A stretch of 63,574 nucleotides of DNA, the filler included, from Jimgerdemannia flammicorona (taxonomy: Eukaryota): the NCBI GenBank assembly GCA_003990765.1. It is 3 parts of 3 records of this genome, joined end to end, with 100 filler letters (N's around TTAATTAATTAA, not from the genome) between each part and the next. Parts side by side here need not be neighbours in the genome. Positions count along the whole stretch, not along the records: positions 1 to 21,134 come from RBNJ01001522.1; 2 more parts are not named here. The stretch is one strand, 5' to 3'. Shown piece by piece: positions 1-14,225 of the stretch. The position numbers and the translations under genes are program-made. Numbering within the stretch: position 1 is the stretch's first letter; the number at the start of each line of letters is the position of its first letter. The notes beneath the pieces were generated by a model. That model saw only the letters and a list, made by a program, of their open reading frames with translations. It was not told the DNA's origin and made no database searches.

Positions 1-187
1 GCATACCAATACCAGCACCTCGACCCCCCCCCACATGCTGCCAGTCAAAGGCACTGGGGCCCCCCCTGTCCAGTACGCTCACCAGAGTGCGTGTTGCTCG
101 CCATGTTAATAACACCAAGACTTGAAAACGTTGTCGAAAGTGTTGCCTGAAGTTTGTGTCACCTGAATGTTACCAGTGAAAGGAGTG
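1..187 (-). mobile_element. 5' end (UTR and ORF1 start) of a young L1/Tx1-like LINE, family A, running off the window
   Basis: Reverse complement CACTCCTTTCACTGGTAACATTCAGGTGACACAA...ATGGCGAGCAAC matches the element start at 18760. ORF1 ATG at 104. CpGs retained. Interrupts ORF2 of the element to its right. Confidence 0.85.
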
Positions 188-3100
188 CCTTTCTCCTCAC
201 TCCACAGATCCTGCCAATTCTCCTTCAATACTCCCAGGATCTGCTGTGTACCATGCACCAACTCTCCCTCAGTATCAAAGATCCCATCCCACTGATGTCT
301 CACCTGCCTGGCTTTGAGGAGCCTAGACAAGTACCTAGTAGGCTGCCCCCCCTCCTCAAGCCCCTGCCACCATAGCCTGGCAGCCATTCCTTGCATATGA
401 GTCTCTTCCTCCTCTCTCAACACCTGTTGCAGTTCCACCACTTCCAATTTCACCCTCCCTAAACTCCAATCCTCTACCTCATCAGATATAAGCAAATCTG
501 CCCACTCCAACTGCAATCCCTGCAGCCTATTTGAAGCACACTGTACTCACCTCCTCCTCTGTCTCCCTGCCTCTCTATCAGCTCCACCCCAATAGACCCT
601 TGCAGCCTCCTTCAACCTCATCCAATGGACATCCACAGACAAACCCTCCCACCTCCAGAGCAGAACCTTTACCTGGACATCCTCCACCCATGAGTCCCAC
701 AACCCCTTCTCAGCCAGCAGGAAGGAGTTAAGGCACCAATGTCCTGGTTCATCTCCACTCCCCCCAAACTGCCCCTGCCCAAGCAGTCCCCAGTAATCAG
801 ACCACAGGCACCACACCACCTCCAAAGTCTTCCAGACATCAGTACCCCAACATTTGGCCATCAAAATCCAGTCAATCCTTGTCCCTAGGCCATTCACCCA
901 GTGTGTGTAGACCCTGGAGTTGCCCGACCATGTTCTGCTCATATCCCCTAAGGAGCTAAGGTTTTCCACCTCCTCCCACACATCTAGACCACCACTCCTC
1001 CCACCGGCATTCCTCTCTCCATCAGTTCTATCCAGCTGCAAATCCCAAACCATGTTAAAATCACCACCAAGAACATCAACCCCTTCCTCCAAGAGAATGC
1101 CCTCCTCCAGTAGCTCCTTAATCCACACAACTCTCTCCCCTAGCCACTGGATAGTAACAAGAGCCCACCCTCACCAATTCCCACCCTGGCCAGTGCCATT
1201 CACCCCAGACCAAATGATCTCCCCAGCTCTTGATTCCCTCCAAATCTCCTCTACCCTTCTTTACCAGAATCACCACCTTTCTAAACCAAGTGGTAGCCCA
1301 ACCCCATTCCTTAGTCCACTCTACCCGATCATTCTCATCCTCACATCATACATCCTGCAGTAAAAAGAGATCAGCCTCCAATCCCTTTAGCCATATAAAA
1401 ATGTTCTTACACTGCACAGATCCCCAAAGGCCATTCACATTGAGAGAGAAAATGTTAGTTGTACTCTTCATAAGGAATATTGTTAAAGATCAAACTTCCC
1501 CTCTACAAATCTGCACTCAAGTCCTCCTCTACCAAATCCAAGATGTGTTCCACAGCCAGTTCCTTCTTCTCAGCTTTCTGTGCCTCCAACCCCCCAGAAT
1601 TTCAACCATAGCCCAATCCTCTTTCTCCTCAAAGTCCTCCCGATACTCCATACAGGCCTCTTGCCAGAACTGCAAACCATGTCATTCTGCCCAACAGTAG
1701 GCAGCCTGCTCACCAGCAACAACCACCAGCTCTGCCTTCCTCACCTCATCCACCTCATATTCCTCTTCTTCTAATAAGATTGCAAGAATCTCCACCTTCA
1801 GCGCCTCCATCACTCCATCACCTCGCAGAATCCATGCCCAGTGCTCCTCTGGCATGACCCCTAGATTCACTTCTCCCAACACCTCAGCCGCAAGATTTTC
1901 CATCACCTTGCTCATCCACAGCAGATTCCCAATCTCCTTCCCTCCAGGGGTCCCCGGCTGCCCTGCATCCAGCATTGTAGTATCAGTACCTACACTGGCA
2001 TCCTCATTCCACTCCTCCTCTGGGATATCCACTAGCTTGTCCTTACTAACTGCCACCACCAGGCCCCCTTTCACCACATCTGGGACCCCAAAGGTAACTT
2101 GCTGGGGCCCCTGCATTGGTACATCCTCTGCCGCCCCTCTCCACCCCATCAGGCCCCTCCTGACAAGTGGGGGGGGGTGCTATCTGATTCCTCCTCTCAA
2201 ACTTCAAAAGTACCATCTGCATAGAGATCCTTGCCCAGCACCTTCACAGCCCATTCTTCCATCACCACCACCTCCTTCTCTCCTTTGCTAGCCCATACAC
2301 TGGCTTTGACACCTCCAGACTCTTCAGCCTCATCCACCTTCCTCTTCTCCCCTCTAGTCATACTTGCCAAGAGCTCCTTCTGCCTCAGGCACCCCTGGGC
2401 CTGCTCCCACTGCCTCTTGTCAGTATGGACATGCTTCCCCTCTACAATCTCCAGGTGTATCAACTCCTCATAGAGCTTCCAGGCTTTTGCCCTCCTCTCT
2501 ACAGCACCACCCAACTCCTCCAGCATCTCCAACAAGTCCTCCTCCTCCTCTTCACTCTCTTTAACCCTCGATACCTTACAGACAAAGGTCCCCCACATCA
2601 ACACCAAGGGCCAGTCACTCATTTTCTCAGTGGCCTCCTTCCCTGCCAACTGAATCCTGACTTCGACATCACCTGTCCTGATCATCATCCCCTCCGACAC
2701 CTAAAAGCTGATGTCCACTACATCCCCATACTCTGCCATCACCTCCTCCACTCTCCTCCTAGTCTCCTCCTTAGTCACCATGGGTACCCCCCTCACCAGA
2801 AGCTGCACCACCCTGGGGTCCCACCACAAGCACCTCACCAAGGGGACCACCACCTCCCCAACTATCACTCCAGTCTTCAGGGCCTTATCCAGTAGGCCTG
2901 CCTCCTCAAAGCCCACCTCAACCCCCTCCAGGCCCTTCAAGAATTTCACTGAGGCCGCCCTAGCCACCTGCTTCGAGATAAGCCCCAGGACCATTCTCAC
3001 TGTCACTGCCAAGCCCCGGAAGCACAAGGTAGCCTCGAACTCCAAAATTGACTTCTTGAGCAATGGGGCCACTGCCAGTCCTGTTACACCATCTGCCAGG

Positions 3101-3615
3101 TCCCCTTTCTGCATTGAGAACCCCTGCCCCCCCTGCCCATCAGCCATCACATCTCTTTTTTTTTCCTGATTCACTGTCATACCACTATCAGCAGTCCCAC
3201 CACTACCCCCAGCAGTCCCTTCACTTCCCCCACCTCCCACCAGCGAAGGCCCAGCTCCCCCAGCATCCCCAGCCTTCTGCTTCTCCTTCCCTCCTGCCTG
3301 ATCACTGCAGGCTCCCATTGGCCAACCCCCAGTCCTCAGCATGTCTGCAAAGCTCCTCCCCTGCTGCCCTCCAGCCCCCCCACTGGTGCTGCCTCCACTA
3401 CCCAAGCTGCCCAGTCCACTCAAGCTACCAAAAGACCTCATCCCCAGCCCATGCCCCCTCCCAACATGCTGCCAGTCGAAAGCCCCAGGTCCACCCAACC
3501 TAATACATACGTCAGCTTGCTTGCTGCTTAACATCTTCTTAATATCTTTCTCCAATAAATGTTTCAAAAGAGTGTTGTAAAACATGTGTAACGTGAAATG
3601 TAGCAGAGAGAGGTG
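188..3615 (-). mobile_element. LINE family A: 5' UTR, ORF1, APE endonuclease and start of RT region (degenerate)
   Basis: ORF1 motifs (FEATLCFRGL, WDPRVVQL). ORF2 starts at ATG 1471 (MKSTTNIFSLNVNG) and includes GGDFN, RIDWIL and SDY(H)W. Multiple stops. Confidence 0.9.
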
Positions 3616-3830
3616 CCATAATAACTTCTCCTGTAAACCCATCTATTGCCCCTTCTCGAAAACAAGGAGCCAATGACCAGCCAGTCCTACCCACACTACT
3701 AAAACCCACCCTACAGTGAGCCAACTATTGTCCACACTACTAACTAGCCAACATTTCAAATTCTCCCAGCAGCCTCTCACACCATCCATCCTCCTCTCCA
3801 CACCCAGCCTATTCTCTACTTCTAGGATGA
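3616..3830 (-). mobile_element. LINE family A ORF2 C-terminal fragment (host of 188-3615)
   Basis: Reverse complement resembles the ORF2 3' region seen at about 13730-13930 and 50290-50480. Confidence 0.6.
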
Positions 3831-3944
3831 TCTCATTATCAGGAGGTGGTATAATTTAAAATATAACATATACTCCATATGCACCAATTCTGAAAGATAG
3901 ATTGTAGACTTTCTTATTAATGATATGTGAGGTTTCATCAGCTA

Positions 3945-6900
3945 TAGTAGGGCTGCGAGAGTAGTAGCTAGAGAGAGTGGAACTACTGATGACAAGGGAA
4001 CTACCAATCTGAAAAAAAATCCAGATGTGATAGTTGATAGTGGGTCTGGACAGAGGGTGGGCACAAAGCCCAGGGACCTGGCAGATAGTGTAATAGGTTT
4101 GGTGGCAATACTATTACTCAAGAAATCAAAGTCAGAATTCACTATCACACTGAATTTCTGAGGCTTAGCTGTGACAATAAGGATGATTCTGAGACTTCTG
4201 GCTCTGAGAATGAAAATTGTAGCCTTGGTAAAATTTTGAAGAATCTGGAAGAGGTGGAGGTGGGCTTTGAGAAGAAGGATATACTATTAGAAGTGATGGA
4301 GAAGAGAGTAGTAGTGAGGGGGATAGTGATGCCCATAGTTCAGTACTTATACTGATACCCCAGAGTAGTGCAGTTGATAGTAGTAGATATACCTAGTGTC
4401 AAAGGAGATGGTAAGAGAGTTGATTGAAGAGGCAGTCAAGGAGTATGGGGATATTATTAATGTTGAGTTTTGGATCTAAGAAGGTGTTAAATTTAGAATA
4501 AAAGATATGGATATTAGAGTATAGCTGGCAAGTAAGAAGAATATTGGGAAGACAAGGGACTGGCCTATAGTCCTCAAATGGAGACCTGTGGAATATAAGG
4601 TCTTGAGAGTAAAAGGGATGCCAGAAGAAGAAGATGACTTGCTAGAGATGTGGGAGGATCTGGCTGGAGCTATTGAAAGGAGGAGGTTGGCCTGAAAAGA
4701 GTTTGAGACCAAGATGATATTGGAGATTGTAAATGGCAAGAAGGTGCAGTTATATTGTTCAGCCTGGGAGAGGGTACAGGAGAGGCATATTCAGAAGAAT
4801 CTGTTGGTAATTTAGAAGGGGGGCAGAGAGGGAGATTGCTACTGAAGTTGTGTGGGTCAAGGGCAAGTGTCTGGGTAGGAGAGAAGAGAGTGATACCAAA
4901 GGAGACCCTGGGAGAAAGTGAAGGCTCAGGACAGAGTATAGTCATAGAAGATGAGAAATTAGCCAAAGAGGAGTGCCCTCAGTATGGGGTGACAGCAGGG
5001 GCTAGAGGATATGATGAACTGGTAGATGAGCTGGAGGAGGATTGAGATGAGTCAGTAAGGATGAATGCAGAGAGAGGGCTGGTGGAAAGGGGGAAGAGAG
5101 TGGTCCAGAAGGTAGAGAAGGCTATTGATGAGGAGAGGAGGTAGTGGAAAATACTGATGTATATGGTAGCTGAGGAGGTGGGGGGAGAGGACTTTTGGGT
5201 GCTCAGCAAGGGGCACTAGGGTGAAATCCTGTAAGGTGAGGAGGTGCTGCAGAAACTCCAGGATGATATAATAGTGACTTTGCTAGAGACTTAATATATT
5301 AGGTGGATGATGAAAGGGAGGCAGTACTTCAGGAAATTGTGAATAACTAGACTGTATATCTGTGGGTCTTAGAAATGAGCTGGCAAAGTGGCAGATGGTA
5401 TGTAAGAAGTACTAATTGAATATGGAAGTAGTGGATGGTGTATATTATCAGGAGATCTTAGAGATATTGAAGGCTCAGTAGGAGGAGGCAGATGAGCTTA
5501 AGGTAGAGAGAAACCTGAATTTTACTGGTGATATAGTAAGTATAGAATTGTAGAGTAAGTAGCTGTTCTTTATAAAAAACATTATTTATTATGAATAGTA
5601 TAACTAGAATATTCTCTTTGAATATCAATAAGTTATAAGGAGTAGTGAGATATTGAAATATCTTTGGCTAGCTAAATCTGTAGAATATTAGATATGTGGA
5701 AGACTTAGATATTCTGGACTGGATGAAGGAATGGGGTGGTGTGACTATATGGTGAGATTATGTGGGCATTCTGATTAGAAAGAGCAAGAGAGATATTGGA
5801 CATTAGGAGAGCAGAATAGTGTGGGGAGTTTGGAAGAGATCCAGGTAGAGACCCCTAACTGTTGGGTCTTGTTATTATCCAGTAGAAAGGCAGGAGAGAG
5901 TGGAATGGATTCAAGGGCTATGAGAGTTTAGAGCATTGGTAGAGGCAGAGATTGACTGTCTAGGTGGGAACTTTAACATAATATGTGATAGTAAGGTAGA
6001 TAGAAATGATAGAGGAAGAGAGATAGCTATAAGAGTGGTAGTATGGAAGTCTGGAAGAAAGTTGAATGTCTGAGTTCCTTAGTGAATACTGAGAGACTTG
6101 GATGGAGAGAGCATAGGGTCTATACTCACTGAATGGTAGGGTTGGAATGAGGATTGACTGGATTTTGATAACTGAATGCTAGAAAGTTGATATCTGAAGA
6201 TCTTTGGTATCCATGGTCCAATTACTGGGGCCTTCTAGGAGGGGGGAGTTTTGAGAGAAGTGGGGAGAGGCATGGACATTGGTGCCTGAATACCTCATTA
6301 TTAGAAGAGGCCTCCTTATGGCATGTATGGGTGATAGATATTAGATCTAGGATACTTGGCTAGAGAGTAAAGGGGCTGCTGATTAGGGATCACTGGAGGC
6401 AGCTGAAATCAGATATGAAATAGTACTGTGGGATGGCAGAAAGGGCACATAGTACTCAGATGAGAAAATGGGTGAGGTGGGCCTCTCAGATTTTGGTGAG
6501 ATTGTTAGTAATGTGAGTAGATCTACTGAATGATAGTGAGGGGAGAGATTGGAGGACCCAATGGATCCAGCTGGAGGTGGAGGAGTTGAAGGGATTGCTG
6601 GAGTAGAAAAGGACCTACAGATCTAGAGCATGGTGGCCCAGCTGAGATGGCAGGAATTGGAGAAGAGGAAGAGGCCTATAAAGTTTTGTCATACTTTCTG
6701 CAGGTGAGCAAAGTATGGCAGAGATGAGAGGAGGTATTGGGTGATGCAGGGCAGTTAATCATTGGTATGTCAGAGATTTTAGATCAGTTGAATACAAAGT
6801 GGGGACAATTGTGAAGTAAGTTGGAAGGGGAGGTGGGGGTACTGGACATTGACAGATACTTGGAGGACTGGTACTCTGATCCAGCAGCAGGCTTAGGTGA

Positions 6901-9900
6901 CCTTTGTGATTCTGTCCAAGGAGAAGAGATTTAGCAAGTACTGATGATGATGAGCTCAGAGACAGAACTAGGGAAAGATGGCTTACTATGGGATTTTTGG
7001 AAGAAGATGGCAAAAGTCAAGCTAATTCTGAAAGAGATGATAGAGATATGTGATGAGGTCATTAGCTCAGGGATATGGATTGGGGGGCAGTGCTTAGGTC
7101 CTGTAGTACTGCTGTTTAAAAATAAGAGGAGGAGGGAGGAGTGGAAAACCTAGAGGCCAATCATACTCCTGGATGTAGATTACAAGTTAGTCATAAAGAT
7201 ACTAGTGGCTAGGTTGCAAGGAGTGGCTCAGCAGATACTGAGGGCTGAGTAGAGAAGATTTATAGGGAGATGTCTCATCAGAGATAAGACAGCCTTAGTA
7301 TATAGTGTCATCAAAGGAACTTATACTGCTGGAGTAAGACAGCTGGTTTTTTTAGACCAAGAGAGGACCTATGATAGGATCTAATGAGAGTGGTTAGAAG
7401 GAGTGCTCAAGTATACAGAGGTTCTCCCTGGGGTCCATAGGTCCTTGGTCAGTCTGTTGGAAGAGAGTCAGGCAGCAATTATAGTAAATAAGTATAAGGG
7501 GGTTTCATTCCTTCTGGGCAGAGAAGTGCTGCAGGGGGATCCACTGTTACTGATCCTATATACATTGTCCCTGGAGCCTCTTTTGGATAGGATTCAGTGA
7601 AAGGTGGAGTTGGACATTCTGGGGGTTAATTGGAAGATAGGGTCTTTGCTAATAATATGATAGTCAAGTTGGAGTTGGCAGAGGATGTAATAATATTGAA
7701 AGGTATAGTAGAGTGATATAAGGAGTACATAGGTGCTAAGCTCAACTAGCATAAATATGAGACTTTGGTGTTGGGAGGAGGGATAGAAGGTTGGAATATG
7801 ATTGGAACAATTATCTCTATAAAAGAGGCTGTTTGCTATCTGGGAATCTACTTCTCAGTATATGGCTCTTTGTTATCTCATATTTAGATAGGGGAAGCAG
7901 CAGTTGGCAGAGTAGGGGAGTGCTCTTTTGGAGTGGGGGGGTCATTATATATCTCTGATAGGGAGGGTGACAGTGCTGAATATATACTGGTTACTGAAGC
8001 TATAGTACCTGAGATACCACTTTAAATTTCTAGCATAGGTGGTCAAGAGATTGTTGAAGATGGCCAGGACCTGGATATGGGCAGAGTGATAGAGTCAGAT
8101 TGGCTGAAAGATGATGACCTTAATAGGGAACCAGGGAGGCCTGAGTCTACTGGATTTTTCTAAGTACCTTTATTGTTTATTAGTAGGGTTTCTGAAGTGA
8201 GCTAGCAATTTGAGGGGCAGAGAGTGGGTTCCCCTCATATAATGGGTGTGGGAGGCCAAGTTCTCCCCCCATAATAGGACTGGGGATCTACTATCCCTGG
8301 TAGCATTAGAGGAGAGGCAGAGGATGTACTTTCAGTATCTTTCTCAGTTACTGCTTACATTACACACACTTTTACAACATACTTTCAAAGCTTTTATTAG
8401 AGAAAGATACTAAGGTCATAGCAACCAACAAGTAAGCTGATATGTGTACTAGGTTGGGTAGACCTAGAGCTATCAACTGGCAATATGTTGGATGAGGATA
8501 TAGTTTAGAGAAGGCAGGGTAGTTCAGGCAGTGGTAGCAGCACTGGGGGAGAGGCAGGAGGGCTAAAGAGGAGGAGCTTTGCTGATATACTAAAGGATAG
8601 TGGATGGCCTGTTCATTCTTATGGCAGGTAGACAGGAGGGAAGAGATAGCAGAGGTAAGGAGAAGTGGGAGGTGCTGGGCCTCAGCTGATGGGTGGAAGA
8701 GCTAGTGGAGCAGCAGCTGGGAGTAGGAGTGAGACTGCTGATAGTGGCATAACTGGGAATCTGGAAAAAAATCCAGATATAACTGTTGATGACAGAGCTG
8801 GGCAGATGGGCCCAAAGAGGAATAGAGACTTGGCAGATGGTGTAATGGGGCTGGCAGTGATATCATTACTCAAGAAATCAATCTTGAAGTTTGTAGCAAA
8901 ATTGTACTTCTGGGACCTGGTAGTAATGGTAGGGATGGTCCTGGAGATTATCTCAAAGCAGATAGAGGGAGCTGCATCAGTGAAGTTCCTGAAGGGATTG
9001 GAGGGGGTTGAAGTGGGTTTTGAGGAGACAGGTTTATTGGAGGAAGCTTTGAATCCTGGAGTAGCTGTAGGAGAGGTGGTGGTCCCTATGGTGTGGTGCT
9101 TGAGGTGGGACCCCAGAGTGGTTCAGCTACTAGTGAAGGGGGTACCTATGGTGACAATGGTGGAGATCAGGAGGTGGGTTGAGGAGGTGATGGTGGAGTA
9201 TGGTAAGATAGTGGATATTGGATTTCAGATGTAGGAGGGGACTACTTTCAGGACTAGCAATGTTGATGTCAGGATTTTGCTGGCTGAGAAAGAGGCCACT
9301 GGGAAGGCAAGTAACTGGCCTTTGGTAATGCTGTGGGGGGCTTTCGTCTGTAAGGTTTCAAGGGTGAAGGGGAGTGAAGAGGAGGAGGAGGATCTGTTGG
9401 AGGCTCTGAAGGAGATGAGTAGAGCAGTTGAGCAGAGAGTGAAGGCCTAGAAGATATATGTGGGGTAAATGCATTTGGAGATTATGAATGGAAAATATCT
9501 CCATACTGACAAGAGGCAGTGGGAGAGGGCTCAGGGGTATAAGAGGCAGTGAGAGTTGTTAGCAAGCCTGAAAGGAAGGGTGAAGAAGAATGCAGGTGGC
9601 ATTGAGGAGTCTGGGGGGTGCCAAGGCAAGGGTCTGGGCCAGTAAGGGGGGAGCAGATGTCAAGATGGGTCAGGATGGGGTTAGGGAAGCCACCACACAA
9701 TGACCCTTATGCAGATGGTACTTTTGAAGTCTGGGAACAGGACTTGGATGGTACTCCTCCTCTTATCAGGTGAGGTCCTGCTATAAGGAGCGAGATGGCA
9801 AAGGATGTGCTGATGTGTGGTTCCCAGCAAATATACTTTCGAGTTCCTGATATGGCAAAAGGGGGACAGGTGGTGGCAGTTACCAAGGAGAAGCTGGTGG

Positions 9901-12900
9901 ATGTCCCAGAGGAGGGGTGGGATGAGATGGCAAGTATAGGAGCTGATATCACAATGTTGGATATCAGGAGGCCAGTGACACCAGGAGGGAAGGAGGTGGA
10001 ACACCTACTATAGATATACCAGATGATGAACAACTTCACAGCTAATGAGTTGGGAGAAGTGGACCTGAGAGTAATGAGTGAGGAGCATTGGGCACAGATC
10101 TTATGTAGTGATGGAGTAGTGGAGGCACTGAAGGTAGAGGTACTTACAATTCTTCTAGAGGAGGAGGGGTATGAGGTGGATAAGGAGAGGGAGGCCAAGC
10201 TGGCAGTTATTGCTGATGAGCAGGCTGCCTTCTGTTGGGCAGAGCATTATGGTCTGAAACTCTGGCAGGAGGCCTGCTTGGAGTATCAGAAGGACTTTGA
10301 GGCGAAGGAGGATGGGGAGATGGCTGAACTTCTGGTTAGATTGGAGGCAAGGAGGCTGAAGAAGGGGAATTGGCTGCTGAACATAACTTGGCCATGGCAT
10401 GGGATGTGGATTTGTATAGAATGAGCAGACCCTATCTCTAAATATCATTCCTAATGAACAGTACAACTAAAATTTTTTCTCTGAATGTAAATGGGTTATG
10501 GGGATCTGGGTGGCAGAAGAACATTTTCACTTGGCTTAAGGGATTGGAGGCTGATCTCTTTCTGCTGCAGGATATATATTGTGAGGATGATGTGGATCAA
10601 GTGGAGTGAACTAGGGAATATGGAGGAGCTATAGCTTGGAATGGCAAAGTGGCAATTTTAGTGTAGAGGGGTAAAGGGGATTTAGGTGGCATCAGAAGCT
10701 GGGGAGACTGTTTGGTAGAGGGGGGATAGTGTTGACCTGGGTGGGAGCCAGTGAAAGTTGGCTCCTGCTATTGCCTGATAGCTAGGGATAAGTGGATTGC
10801 ATTGATCAAGGGACTGTTAGAGGAGGGCACATTCTTAGAGGATGGGGTGAATGTTCTAGGAGGTGACTTCAATATGGTACAGAATCTCCAGTTAGATAGA
10901 ACTGATGGAGGGAGAAGTGTGGATGGAAGGAGTGGCAGTCTGGATGCATGAGAGGTGGTGGAGAACCTTAGCTCCTTAAGGGATATGAGCAGAATACAGT
11001 GGAGAGAATGGAGGATTTACACACATTGGGTGAATGGCTTTGGCATGAGAATTGATTTGATATTGACAGCTGAATGCTGGGGCCCAGATATTTAGAAAAT
11101 CCTAGAGGTAGAGTAGTATCCTTGGTCAGACCACTGGGGACTATTAGAGCAGGGGTAGTTTGGGGGAAGTGGAGATAGACCTGGACATTGGTGTCTTAAC
11201 TCCTCTCTGCTGACTGAGAAGATGTTGTGGGACCATTGGGTATAGGATATTTGGGTGAAGATCATAAGCTGGGTACATGAGGGCTTGTAAGTGGATGTCT
11301 AGTAGATGAAGTTGAAGAGGCTACAAGGGTTTACTGGGGAGAAGTTGGTAGGGATACTGAGAGGTAAAGAAGTAAAAGAGTGAGGTGTGCTTCTAATAGA
11401 TTGATTATATTGTAGATAGAGTGGGCTGATTTGATTAATTCTGGTGAGGTGAATGATTGGAGGTTAGTGCAAGCTAGACTAGAAGTAATAGAGTTGCAAT
11501 AGATACTGCAAGAGGAGGAGATGACACATTTGAAAGAAATGGCAGCTACGTTGAGGTGGAAGGGGCTTGAGGAGGGGGAGAGGTCAACTAGATACTTGTC
11601 AAGGCTCCTCTAGGTGAGGAGGGTGTGATATCAGTGTGATGGAGTCCTTGATGCTGAGGGGGGAATAGTATATAGTATGCAACAGATCTTGGGGCTGCTG
11701 AAGGAGCAGTAACAGGGTCTGTGGAGTGAGGAGAAAGGGGGTGCTGATGTAAAGGCAATTGGAGATACATATACTGGAGGACTGGAAGCTACTATAAGTA
11801 GAGGACCTGGAAGATCTGGTACTTCTGATCTAAGAGGAGGAGATCCAGAGAGTCCTTACAGCAACTAAGCTTGGTATGATACCAGGAGAGGATGGTCTAC
11901 CTTGGGACTTTTGGAAGAAGATGGTGGGGGTCTCTGGAGTATTAGGAGATATGGCAGCCCTCTGTGATCTTGTTCTTCTGAGGGATCAGTGGGTGGGAGT
12001 GCAGGCCCTAGGGCTGGTGGCTCTGTGGTACATGGACAAGAGGAGGAGAGAGGATTGGAAGAACTGGAGGCCAATAATGCTTCTAGATATAGATAGGAAG
12101 ATGGTGACTAAGGTGATTGTAGTGAGATTACAGAGGGTTGCCCAACAGGTATTGGGTGAGGAGCAGCAGGGCTTTGTTGGAGGCAGACTTATCATAGATG
12201 GAACAGCCTGGGTCTATGGTATCATTGAAGGAGCAAGGGCTAGTAGATTGGATGAGAGATTGGTCTTTTTGGACCAGGAGAAGGCCTACAACCATGTTCA
12301 GCAGATGTGACTGGGCAAGGTACTGGATAGAATAGGAGTTACCCTGCTCTTCCAAACTTCTATGTTGAATCTGTTGAAGGGTAGTAGGGTGGCACTATTG
12401 TGTAATGATTACTGAGGTATGACATTTCTCTTGGGGAGAGGAGTTCCTCAGGGGGATCCACTGTCTCCTATTCTATATGCTCTTTCATTGGAACTTTTAA
12501 TGGATAGTATTTGGCGGGCATACTATTTATAGTATAGTGTAAAAGATGGGGGCCTTTGCAGATGACATGGTAGTTGGACTTGGATCAGTGACAGATATGG
12601 AGGCCCTTAAAGAGACAGTAGAATGATATGAGGCACACTCTGGGGCAAACCTCAACTAGTATAAGTATGAGACAATGGTGTTGGGAAATGAGTTAGTAAG
12701 AGGGGATGTCATTGGAACAATTGTCTCAGCAGGAGAGGCAGTGAGGTATCTGAGCATCTTTCTTTTGATATATGGATCAGTCTTGCCATAGGTGTGGTGG
12801 GAGAGGAGAGTGGCTATCTGGGGGGAGGCCCTTTAAGGCTGGGGAGGTCACTATATCTCTCTGGCAGGCTGGGTAATGATTCTGAATGTCTACTGGTTCT

Positions 12901-14172
12901 CTAAGCTGTAGTATATTGCCTATCACTTGGACTTTCCAACTTGGGTGGTGAAGAGGCTGATGAAGCTGGCTAGGGATTGGATTTGGGCTGGGAGGTAGTC
13001 TCAGATCAGTTGGGATACCCTTGCAATGCCAATAGTTTGAGGGGGGCTAGGACTGGTGGACTTTTCTAAGGCTTCACTGCCTGAGAACTTGGTGGTTGAA
13101 GTGGGCTGTGGAACTGAGGGGAGGGGGATGGGTATCATTGATGCAGAAGGTATGGAAGATGTGATTCTCCCCAAGAGGGTCATTGGAGGATTTGCTTTCC
13201 CTGGTAGACCTGGGTGAAAGCTGTTGGTTGCAGTATAAAGGCTTCTGGTGAGAGGTAGCAGATGGAGTACACTACATAGACTTATACTGCCATAGCAATG
13301 AAGGAGAGATGCTGTGGGGTCCAGCAATATAGAGATAGAACAGACTACTTCTGGGGGGCACCTCTCTTATTGAGTTTGATATTAGTGATAGAGTGAAGTG
13401 TTAGAGAAGACTTGGTCAGGATCTTTGGCCTAGCAGTTGGCAAGCAGTGAGGATTGGCAAGGAGTGGAATCAGGCAGGAGTCTGGGAATGGTGTGCTGAG
13501 GTGTGGAAGTGGCTTCCTCCCAAGTACTGGGTAGTATGGTAGTGGATGCTATGGAGGAATTTCATGGTGAATTTCCATGCTAGGTATCTTGTGGATAGTG
13601 GTCTACTGGAATGTAAAGCATGCTACAATATAGGACAAGTTGGGGGATTTGTGCAGACACCAAAACATTGACTAGGATTGTATAAGGTTCTGAGAGACTT
13701 TTGGATGTGGTAGAGGACTGGCTGGGTGTGGAGAGGAGATCAGATAGGGAGAGGGGCCACTGGGAAGATTTGAGAACTATGTAGGTTAGTGGGTGGGATG
13801 GGCAATGAATGTCTCACTATAGGGTGAGTTTTAGTTATATAGGTGGGGCTGGCAGAACATTGACTCTTTGTTTTTGAGGAAGGGCAATAGCTGGGTTTGC
13901 AGGAGAGATTGTTAAGATGGGAGTGGTTGATGGGTGATATATTGACAGAGTGGTAGATTGGGTGGGGTCCCCAGGGTGGACATTACTACCATCTGGTAGA
14001 GGAGATTTGAGGACAGAGTGGTGGACAGATAGAGGTAGTTAATGGCCTAGTAGTCTTTAATAGAGAGGGGGTAGGGGGGAAAGTCCCCCCTAGGGGGATC
14101 AGATATGGGTGGGCTTAGTGTATTATATTTGAGTTAGATGGCTGTATTAATAAAGGATGGAGTCCAAGAGAC

Positions 14173-14225
<53 letters not shown>

